A DNA stretch of 64,000 nucleotides, taken from an uncultured Bacilli bacterium (GTDB taxonomy: Bacteria; Bacillota_I; Bacilli_A; RF39; UBA660). The position numbers and the translations under genes are program-made. Under the pieces are notes generated by a model. It made no database searches. It was not told where the DNA came from and worked only from the letters and a program-made list of their open reading frames with translations. Of this stretch, positions 47,872 through 55,431 are shown piece by piece (the first letter of the stretch is position 1; each line of letters opens with the position of its first letter). Where the stretch lies: the NCBI GenBank assembly GCA_934149105.1, contig CAKPDP010000001.1:70438-134437 (forward strand), written 5' to 3'.

Positions 47872-48654
47872 ATGATGAATGATTGTGAAAAACAAAGAAT
47901 ATTAGATATGATTAATAAAAATAAGAATTGTTGCAGACCATGTTTTGGTCCAACAGGCCCAACAGGGCCAGCAGGTCCAGCAGGGGGGCCAACAGGTCCA
48001 CAAGGAATACAAGGTCCAACAGGTCCACAAGGAATACAGGGTCCAACTGGCCCGGCAGGTCCACAAGGAATACAAGGTCCAACAGGTCCAGCAGGTCCAG
48101 CAGGCTCACAAGGAATACAGGGTCCAACAGGACCAACAGGTCCACAAGGAATACAAGGACTTCAGGGGACTCAGGGTCTTCAAGGAGCACAAGGTCCAAC
48201 AGGACCAACAGGTCCGGCGGGAGCAACGGTTACACCAACTAATACTTATGGAAGAAAATATGATACTACAGAAGATACAATTACTTTAACGCAAAATGTT
48301 GCAACAGATGTGCCACTTGGAAGTAATGGACCAGCAAATGGAATAACTTTAGATACACAAAATAAATTAACGATACCTGAAAATGGTGTTTATCAAGTAG
48401 ACTATTATTTTTATGGTAGTCCAAATACTAATACAGATCTTACAGTAAGACTTAATCAAAATACAACACCTATTAGTGATACATCAATTACTAAAAGTTT
48501 AACAGCAAATGTAGATACAGAATTTTTTGGAAGTACTATAAATTCATTTAATGCAAATGATGAAATAGGTTTATCAATGGAATCGACAGAAGCAGTAACT
48601 ATATCTCCAGGTCCTGATACTAGTGCTTATATTGATATTATAAAAATAGCATAA
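47872..48654 (+). CDS. collagen-like triple-helix repeat protein with Cys-rich N-terminal leader and BclA/C1q-like C-terminal head (paralog 1)
   Basis: N-terminus [24 protein letters not shown]. There are 31 Gly-X-Y triplets (47947-48225; GPT/GPQ/GIQ) with one extra Gly. The globular C-terminus contains [13 protein letters not shown]. No signal peptide. Confidence 0.85.
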   Translation: MMNDCEKQRILDMINKNKNCCRPCFGPTGPTGPAGPAGGPTGPQGIQGPTGPQGIQGPTGPAGPQGIQGPTGPAGPAGSQGIQGPTGPTGPQGIQGLQGTQGLQGAQGPTGPTGPAGATVTPTNTYGRKYDTTEDTITLTQNVATDVPLGSNGPANGITLDTQNKLTIPENGVYQVDYYFYGSPNTNTDLTVRLNQNTTPISDTSITKSLTANVDTEFFGSTINSFNANDEIGLSMESTEAVTISPGPDTSAYIDIIKIA

Positions 48655-48655
48655 G

Positions 48656-48679
48656 AAAAGCCCTTATAAGGGTTTTTTC
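48656..48679 (+). terminator. rho-independent terminator after collagen-like gene 1
   Basis: aaaagccc-ttataa-gggtttttt hairpin plus T-run. Confidence 0.7.
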
Positions 48680-49026
48680 ATAGTGTGTTGTGTATGGTAT
48701 ATATTTAAAAAATTCAATATACATATACATATCAACAAAGTATTAGGAAAGTACAAGAAATTCATCATGAGGTGTGAGCTTCAGGAAAAGTTGAATAAAA
48801 TCGTGATTTGATAAGCAAAATTTTAATATAGGGTACTATACAATGATGTGAACTCTATTTTGGAGACATTGTAAAAAGAACTAACTTACAAATTAAACTA
48901 CTGTATACAGAATGGTACTTATGGTGAGTGAGAGGTAGTTGTATTTATTACTTTAGTAAAAAAGTTCTTTCTACTCGATTGCAAAAAATAATGTTTTTCA
49001 TAAAATATATTAGAGGAGTGAAAAGA

Positions 49027-49788
49027 ATGAATGATTGTGAAAAACAAAGAATATTAGATATGATTAATAGAAATAAGAAATGTTGTAAACCATGTTTTGG
49101 TCCAACAGGACCTACTGGTCCAACAGGTAAACAAGGAGAAATAGGCCCAACAGGTCCAATAGGATTATCAGAAACTATAGAAGTAGGAGAAACATTAACT
49201 GGGGAGCCAGGAAGTAAAGCAAGTGTTGTAGATAGGGGAGGGCCTAATCACATTTTAGATTTTACAATACCAAGTGGTTTTTCAGGATTAAGTAAAATAC
49301 AAAATGCATATATAATAAAATATAATGAAGGAACAGTTGCAACTGGTATAAAAATAGAACCAGATAAAAGAATTCCGTTAGATAGAATTGAACTAGATGT
49401 TGATAATTTAGTTAATTTAAATAGTGAAGATAATTTAATTAAATTTAATAAGCTTGGATATTATAAAATTACTATTATGATAAATGCGTCTATAAAAACA
49501 ACTCCCAATAATTTTAATCCTGATACAGATTTTGTATCATATGGATTTAGACAAACTAATACAGATAATATTTATGTTGGAGCTAGTAAATGGATTTATA
49601 ATAATGAATATTCTAATGTAATATCTCAAGGAATAGTCGCAGTAGATAATACGGATAATGATTATGAAATAGTTAATATTGGTTCAAAAGAAATATATTT
49701 ATTATCACCAGATTTAAATAATATAAAATCAAATTCGTATTTTACAAATACACTTGTAAATATAGTGATTGAATATTTAGGAAAATAG
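49027..49788 (+). CDS. collagen-like protein paralog 2 (short Gly-X-Y tract, different globular C-terminal domain)
   Basis: The ATG at 49027 sits behind GAGGAG (the track start 48928 is upstream read-through). Same leader, [24 protein letters not shown]. Seven triplets, then the module LSETIEVGETLTGEPGSKASVVDRGGPNHILDFTIPSG and an N-rich domain. Confidence 0.8.
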   Translation: MNDCEKQRILDMINRNKKCCKPCFGPTGPTGPTGKQGEIGPTGPIGLSETIEVGETLTGEPGSKASVVDRGGPNHILDFTIPSGFSGLSKIQNAYIIKYNEGTVATGIKIEPDKRIPLDRIELDVDNLVNLNSEDNLIKFNKLGYYKITIMINASIKTTPNNFNPDTDFVSYGFRQTNTDNIYVGASKWIYNNEYSNVISQGIVAVDNTDNDYEIVNIGSKEIYLLSPDLNNIKSNSYFTNTLVNIVIEYLGK

Positions 49789-49796
49789 GTAAATAT

Positions 49797-50894
49797 ATGA
49801 AAAAATATAAGGTTTGTGTATATGCGATATGTAAAAATGAAGAAAAATTTGTTAATAGATGGTTTGATTCTATGAAAGAAGCTGATGAGATATATGTACT
49901 TGATACAGGGTCTACTGATAATTCTATAAATTTATTAGTAGAAAAAGGAGTACATGTAAAACAAAAGAAAATAAATCCCTGGAGGTTTGATGTGGCCAGA
50001 AATATTTCTTTGGATATGGTTCCCAAAAATGCTGATATATGTGTTTGTACTGATTTAGATGAAATATTAAAAGAAGGATGGAGAGAAAAATTAGAAAGTG
50101 TTTGGAACAAAGATACAAATAGATGCAGATATACATATAATTGGAGTTTAGATGATAATGATAATCCTAAAGTATCATTTATATATGAAAAAATTCATAG
50201 TAGAAATAATTATAAATGGATTTATCCAGTTCATGAAGTGTTAGAGTATACGAAAAAAAATGAAAATGTTGTAATTAATGAAGATATTATTTTAAATCAT
50301 TATCCTGATTGTACTAAATCAAGAAATTCATATCTTCCACTTTTAGAGTTATCAGTAAAAGAAAATCCAGAAAATGATAGAAATATGCATTATTTAGGTA
50401 GAGAATATATGTATTATGGAAAATGGAATGAAGCAATAGATACGCTTATTAAACATTTAAATTTGAAAAGTGCAACATGGAAGGATGAAAGATGTGCATC
50501 CATGAGATTTATTGCTAGATGTTATGAGAATTTAAATAGATATGATGAAGCTAAAAGATGGTTTGAAAAAGCAATAGATGAAGCACCATATTTAAGAGAG
50601 CCATATGTTGAAATGGCACTTCTAGAGTATTCTTTAGGTAATTATGATGAAGTAATAAATAATTGTCAAAAAGCATTAACAATTAGTAGGCAAGAAAAAA
50701 CATATATAAATGAAGTATTTAGCTATGATCATACTATAAATGATTTATTATCAATTTCATATTATTATAAAGGTAAATTATTTTTGGCTTTGGAAAATGT
50801 TAATAAAGCAATTAGTTTATCACCTAATAATGAAAGGTTAATAGAAAATAAAAAAATAATAGAGGATAAAATAAAGAATACTAATTTAGATTAG
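49797..50894 (+). CDS. family 2 glycosyltransferase fused to C-terminal TPR repeats
   Basis: GT-A N-terminus VCVYAICKNEEKFVNRWFDSMKEADEIYVLDTGSTDNS with a DxD-like TDLDE. TPR-like helices in residues ~190-340. Lies 8 nt downstream of collagen-like gene 2. Confidence 0.75.
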   Translation: MKKYKVCVYAICKNEEKFVNRWFDSMKEADEIYVLDTGSTDNSINLLVEKGVHVKQKKINPWRFDVARNISLDMVPKNADICVCTDLDEILKEGWREKLESVWNKDTNRCRYTYNWSLDDNDNPKVSFIYEKIHSRNNYKWIYPVHEVLEYTKKNENVVINEDIILNHYPDCTKSRNSYLPLLELSVKENPENDRNMHYLGREYMYYGKWNEAIDTLIKHLNLKSATWKDERCASMRFIARCYENLNRYDEAKRWFEKAIDEAPYLREPYVEMALLEYSLGNYDEVINNCQKALTISRQEKTYINEVFSYDHTINDLLSISYYYKGKLFLALENVNKAISLSPNNERLIENKKIIEDKIKNTNLD

Positions 50895-50976
50895 ATTTGA
50901 ATTTAGTTCAAATTTAGATATGTTTTTTCGAATAATATCCTTAGAGTAAAAAAATTCTTTATAATAATTGTAAAAA

Positions 50977-51004
50977 GAAGCAAGTTTTATAAAAATTTTG
51001 CTTC
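50977..51004. terminator. hairpin between the convergent glycosyltransferase gene and the minus-strand operon
   Basis: Stem gaagcaa / ttgcttc with an AT-rich interior. A T-run follows on the minus strand (ttttta). Confidence 0.5.
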
Positions 51005-51008
51005 CTTA

Positions 51009-51554
51009 TTAATTATCTTCAAGTATTATTTGACCATCTATAACTGGTATATTTGGGAAACTTGCATCCATTAATGTGAAGTTTCTAACTGGTGCTGTTG
51101 GATTTGTTATTTGCACTGTTTCAGATGCTTCAGTCATAACTATTGATTTAACACTATCGTCAAATGTGTGACCTCCATCACTGGATATTTGCTTATAATA
51201 TATTGCAGTACTTCCAGATTCACTAAAAGGAACATTATTAAATACAGCATTTCCATCGTCGTTAGTTGTTATTTCATTTCCAACTATTGTTCCTGTACTA
51301 TCGGTTCTTATAAATTTTGCTCCAACAATTTGTATTCCAGTATTAGGATCACCTGTATCTGTAACATGAAGTGTTAAAGTTCCTTTGGCACTTATAGTAA
51401 AAGCATATGTGGTAGTTCCATCTATAATGGTTACATTTTTGGGTTCTAGTGTTGAGGCATCATATCCACCTGCAACAGCTTGGGCATTGTATGTCCCAGT
51501 AACAAGTTCAATACTGCCTTTGCCATTTGTTATTGGAATTGTATGTCTTGCCAT
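51009..51554 (-). CDS. small prealbumin/CnaB-like fold protein (181 aa), no signal peptide
   Basis: VGAKFIRTDSTGTIVGNEITTNDDGNAVFNNVPF resembles SpaA/CnaB-type repeat cores. The C-terminal motif FPNIPVIDGQIILE is shared with the upstream 119-aa protein. Overlaps that gene by 25 nt. Confidence 0.6.
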   Translation of the reverse strand: MARHTIPITNGKGSIELVTGTYNAQAVAGGYDASTLEPKNVTIIDGTTTYAFTISAKGTLTLHVTDTGDPNTGIQIVGAKFIRTDSTGTIVGNEITTNDDGNAVFNNVPFSESGSTAIYYKQISSDGGHTFDDSVKSIVMTEASETVQITNPTAPVRNFTLMDASFPNIPVIDGQIILEDN

Positions 51555-51889
51555 AATATCATTTGACCTCCTTCTATTTTTATGTTTGGATAATATTTAT
51601 CCTTTAGTAAAACTGTAACAAGATGTTCTTTTCTTTTATTATTATCAATATTTATGCAATAAACTTTATCTTTTCTTGCAATTAAAGGTATTTTTACAAT
51701 TGATAAATTAGAATATATTACTAATTTATATACCTCATTACTACATATTGGTATTTTTAATTTTCCAAAATTATCTGTTATTCCATCAAAAACAATCTCA
51801 TCACACTTATTTTTAAGTTTTATTTTTAAATTACTTAGACATATGCTGTCGTTACTACAAAGTTTAATATAAATATAATCACTTGTCAT
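51530..51889 (-). CDS. small Cys-containing protein (119 aa) related to the 181-aa protein
   Basis: GAGGTG RBS. GITDNFGKLKIP core, five Cys residues, C-terminal YPNIKIEGGQMILW motif. Confidence 0.6.
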   Translation of the reverse strand: MTSDYIYIKLCSNDSICLSNLKIKLKNKCDEIVFDGITDNFGKLKIPICSNEVYKLVIYSNLSIVKIPLIARKDKVYCINIDNNKRKEHLVTVLLKDKYYPNIKIEGGQMILWQDIQFQ

Positions 51890-51942
51890 AATTCACCTCA
51901 TTACAATATATTTTATGAATCAAGTCTTTTTTTGTAAAGGCA

Positions 51943-53808
51943 TTATGCCTCAACACTCCAAATTATTAGTGTAGAATAATCTTCATCTTCAAGCAAATCT
52001 TTGCTAGGTTTTAGCAGTAATCCTTTATCAAGCGAAAACGTAATATTACTAACAGTTACATTTCCACCATTGTCATTTGATTCATATATTAATTTTTTAT
52101 TTGTTTTTAAAAGTATTTCTTCATTATTGAATTTTTTGAAAAATAATGAATCTATTAATACTTTGCCAGTACTTTCTATCATGGGATTTGTATAAGTTAA
52201 ATATAGTTTCCAGTTAGTACTATTTATTCTACTATCAACTACAGTTACCACTGTTTCATTTTTTTTAGGTAATATAATTGGATTAGTTGAAGATGGTATC
52301 ATACTAAAAGGAATATTTTCTGTTACTTTTAAAAGAGTTAATTCGCCCATGAAAGGGGTTGTTACTTTTCTTTCGTTAAAGTAACTATTTAAACAAGATG
52401 TTATTTTAATTCTTGTATTATCTGAAATGTTGGAATCAATACTGGCTTCAAACAAACCATTTTCATTTGAAACTGTTGTTAAACTTTTATTATCATATTC
52501 TATTTTAATATTTGCATATGGTATAGTGTGACCTGAAATGGTAGATGTAGAATTTGTAATTGGATGAATATTTATCTTGAGCATTCCAATAGTTAATATT
52601 TTTTTATCTTGAAATGAAAAACTATTTATATCTGATATTAAACTTAATTCAGCATCTGTAAAATTATGGGATGTAATTGTAGTACTATCCATATTTAAGA
52701 CACCTGTTATTTTAGCTGGTGTATTTTCTTTATACCAATAGAATGCTGGTGTATCATCAATAGTGCAAGCAGAAGTATAATCAAGAGCATATATCCACAT
52801 ATTAATTCTACTAAAGCTAAATACAAAATCAACAGGATTGTTTGTATAAACTATATTTGCATTTTTGGTATAAATATTTACATATTTTGGATTATCTAGT
52901 ATAAATTTTTGATTAGTTCCTTTAAAATAAATATTATAGTTATCAGATGGTGTTGTCATATAAGTATTTATTATTGATACACTGGCACCTTCTAAAACTT
53001 TAAAATCTCCAAATATATTCCACATAGGAACTCTTTGATGACTTTTTTCTATAAATGTAAAATTAGCCATTTCTTCTATTAAAACATTTCTAGCTCCATG
53101 AGTTGTTGTTATTGCAAAACCGTTTCCTGTTGTTAAAAGAAATTCTGCTCCATGTCCTACTATTAGATCTAACCTATTAGTTCCATTCATAAATTCTTTG
53201 TTGGTCGTAATACTTATTCTGCTATTTGGCATAATTTTAACTAAAGATGGTATAACATCATTAAAAAAGAAAATTGTATTTGTGGTTGAACTACTTGTAA
53301 TTGTTGTGTTTCCACCGATTATAATTATATTGGAATTACAGGCTCTTTGAGCAGAAACATTATTAGTATCTTTCACTTCTAGAACGGAATCTATAATTTT
53401 AGTAGTTCCATAATAATTTTGTGAAAGTTCGATTCCACTAAAATTTATATTATTATATTCTACTACTACATTAGAATAGTTTGGATGAGACGGAACATAA
53501 ATAACTCCATAACCATGTGAAGAAACTATATTCATATTTTTTAATATAATTCTTTTATTAGTTGTACTTGCTTTTATAACTGTTTCTTCTAAACTTAAAT
53601 TATTTGTGTAAGTGTATTTTGTACTATTATATGTTCCATCAATAATAATTTTACTTTTATTACTATTTATAATAAAACCACTTGTTGCGGTAATATCGTT
53701 TCCTAAATAAACATATTCATAACCATTATCTTCGCTCAATACTTGTTTTAATTCATCGCTAGTTGTAACAACAACAGTACTATTATCTATTATTTGAATA
53801 ATTATCAC
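51943..53808 (-). CDS. beta-helix (pectate-lyase-like adhesive) protein with Ig-like middle region and C-terminal WxL-type domain, lacking a signal peptide
   Basis: The N-terminus starts directly with TTSDELKQVLSEDNGYEYVYLGNDITA...IIIDG (beta-helix adhesin-like). The C-terminus has GELTLLKVTENIPFS, VVDSRINSTNWKLYL and a terminal YSTLIIWSVEA (WxL pattern). The GTG start abuts the SD-like GAAGGAAG, so the start is uncertain. Confidence 0.65.
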   Translation of the reverse strand: MIIIQIIDNSTVVVTTSDELKQVLSEDNGYEYVYLGNDITATSGFIINSNKSKIIIDGTYNSTKYTYTNNLSLEETVIKASTTNKRIILKNMNIVSSHGYGVIYVPSHPNYSNVVVEYNNINFSGIELSQNYYGTTKIIDSVLEVKDTNNVSAQRACNSNIIIIGGNTTITSSSTTNTIFFFNDVIPSLVKIMPNSRISITTNKEFMNGTNRLDLIVGHGAEFLLTTGNGFAITTTHGARNVLIEEMANFTFIEKSHQRVPMWNIFGDFKVLEGASVSIINTYMTTPSDNYNIYFKGTNQKFILDNPKYVNIYTKNANIVYTNNPVDFVFSFSRINMWIYALDYTSACTIDDTPAFYWYKENTPAKITGVLNMDSTTITSHNFTDAELSLISDINSFSFQDKKILTIGMLKINIHPITNSTSTISGHTIPYANIKIEYDNKSLTTVSNENGLFEASIDSNISDNTRIKITSCLNSYFNERKVTTPFMGELTLLKVTENIPFSMIPSSTNPIILPKKNETVVTVVDSRINSTNWKLYLTYTNPMIESTGKVLIDSLFFKKFNNEEILLKTNKKLIYESNDNGGNVTVSNITFSLDKGLLLKPSKDLLEDEDYSTLIIWSVEA

Positions 53809-53871
53809 CTTCCTTCACAATAATTTATGTTGAAATTTAAAAGCTAATTAATTAAAAAGAATAGAGTTTTT

Positions 53872-55041
53872 TTAATGAATTTTAGTGACGCTCAACATTG
53901 CATTAGTACTGCCATTAAATTTCATGTTAACGGTTTTAGATGGTTTGACATTTAATGTTATAAGGTCATTTGTTTGTAATGATACAATGGTTGTTCCACT
54001 TATACTATTAATCATTTGAGCAATAAATTCACTTGTTGCACTTGTAGCTGGTTGTAATATATTATTTGCTCTAACTGACATTGTTATAGAACATTCTTCG
54101 TTTGTTGCTCCACATAGTAAATATGATATAAGGTATACTCCATTTTCTTTTATTTTAATAGAATTATCATCTGGATATTCTGTTAAAAATGCTGTTCCTT
54201 TTTCGGGTAGTGGAATTATAGTATCAGTTCCTTGCGGTAAATTAATTTGTGTATCATTCATTGAATATCTAATTCCATAAGAGGACACAAATTCTGTCCC
54301 TGGTGGGCCTGCTGGACCTTGTGGTCCTCTTTCTCCTATATCTCCTTTATCACCTTTTGGAATTGAAAATGCTAAATGATGTACCCAATTTTCAAAGGTA
54401 TCCATAACAGTTGCGGGTTCTCCAGGCTCTAAAGTTTCAGTTTCATCTATAGCAATATGTTCTGTTCTTCCTATTTCACCTGGTAATCCTCTTGGTCCCA
54501 TCTCTCCTTTATCACCTTTTTCGCCCTTTGGTATTTTAAAGTCTAAAACTACATCTACTGGTGTTCCAACATTTATAACTTCAGCTTCTTCAGTAGACTC
54601 TATTGTTTCTATATTTCCAATTTGAATAGTAGATGGTCCTTGGTCACCTCTTTCACCTTTAATTCCTTGGGGACCAACGTTTCCTTTATCACCTTTTGGT
54701 CCTGGAATTCCTTGAGGACCAATTTTCCCCTCTATTCCTTGCTTACCTCTTGGTATTTTAAAATTTAAAATAACATCTTTATTTGTTCCAACATTTTCTA
54801 CTTTAGCTTCTTCAAAAGATTCTACTGTTTCTGTAACTCCAATATCGATATTAGTTGGTCCTGGGATTCCTCTCTCTCCTTTTTCCCCTTGATCGCCTTT
54901 TTCACCTTTAATTCCTTGAGGTCCAGTATCTCCTTTATCACCTTTCGGTCCAGTTGGTCCTTGTACATAACAATATTTATATTTTTTTCTTTCTTCTTCA
55001 ATTCTTTTTTTTATTCGCTCATAATCATTGCAATTATTCAT
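53872..55041 (-). CDS. mosaic collagen-like protein (paralog 3): four Gly-X-Y tracts alternating with three ~40-aa beta modules, BclA/C1q-like C-terminal head
   Basis: AGGAGG RBS. Gly-X-Y tracts of about 12, 13, 6 and 7 triplets (charged GDK/GEK/GER type). Modules TNIDIGVTETVESFEEAKVENVGTNKDVILNFKIPRG, STIQIGNIETIESTEEAEVINVGTPVDVVLDFKIPKG and HIAIDETETLEPGEPATVMDTFENWVHHLAFSIPKG. The head contains IKENGVYLISYLL. Confidence 0.85.
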   Translation of the reverse strand: MNNCNDYERIKKRIEEERKKYKYCYVQGPTGPKGDKGDTGPQGIKGEKGDQGEKGERGIPGPTNIDIGVTETVESFEEAKVENVGTNKDVILNFKIPRGKQGIEGKIGPQGIPGPKGDKGNVGPQGIKGERGDQGPSTIQIGNIETIESTEEAEVINVGTPVDVVLDFKIPKGEKGDKGEMGPRGLPGEIGRTEHIAIDETETLEPGEPATVMDTFENWVHHLAFSIPKGDKGDIGERGPQGPAGPPGTEFVSSYGIRYSMNDTQINLPQGTDTIIPLPEKGTAFLTEYPDDNSIKIKENGVYLISYLLCGATNEECSITMSVRANNILQPATSATSEFIAQMINSISGTTIVSLQTNDLITLNVKPSKTVNMKFNGSTNAMLSVTKIH

Positions 55042-55097
55042 TATACATCCTCCTTTAATTTTTTAGAATTAATTCTCATATTTAAATTCTTCTATTT

Positions 55098-55124
55098 TAA
55101 TTTATGAAGATATTTTTAAAATGT
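55098..55124 (-). promoter_or_regulatory. sigmaK-like promoter upstream of the collagen-like gene 3 operon
   Basis: On the minus strand: AC, 16-nt spacer, CATAAATTA. This matches AC-N16/17-CATAnnnTA and lies ~55 nt upstream of the ATG. Confidence 0.3.
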
Positions 55125-55431
55125 ATAATGAATATATAACAAAATATATGGATACAAATAATTATCTATCTTGATATGAAATCCGTTTCTTAGATATAGA
55201 GAGAATATTTTCATAGTTTGTCGTGCGTGACATATATCTAATTGGTGTACGCATAGGTATCGATGAAGTGTTAAAAATGTACAATGTATAAGGAGATGTA
55301 AAACAAAATTGAGAGCTAAGGAATAAAAAATCACGGTAAGACTTAGGATAAAAATGAACATTTATAGATCTTTTTTTGAAGAAAACTGTGATAAAATAGA
55401 AGTGAATTTAAGAAGTGAGGAGATTTAGAAA

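Noticed and set aside
47912-48289. Three ORFs in the track (47912-48226 minus, 47928-48242 plus, 47945-48289 plus) overlapping collagen-like gene 1
   Set aside because: They are alternative-frame and antisense read-throughs of the 9-nt and 27-nt periodic Gly-X-Y coding repeat. Their translations are low-complexity (RS/NR or LV/DL runs). They have no RBS and lie fully inside the well-supported collagen frame.
48999-49007. CATAAAATA as a sigmaK -10 element for collagen-like gene 2
   Set aside because: It ends only 20 nt before the ATG, so a transcript would begin within or after the GAGGAG RBS. There is also no AC at the expected -35 distance.
47872-55041. Prophage tail-fibre module interpretation of the collagen-like cluster
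   Set aside because: Collagen-like proteins with the IP(K/R)G beta modules do occur in phage fibres. But the window shows no terminase, portal, capsid, tape-measure, baseplate, holin/lysin or integrase genes on either side. Phage ancestry of individual domains remains possible.
55116-55361. 81-aa minus-strand ORF between collagen-like gene 3 and the NUDIX gene
   Set aside because: No RBS and low-complexity hydrophobic translation. It would overlap the proposed promoter region of the collagen operon.
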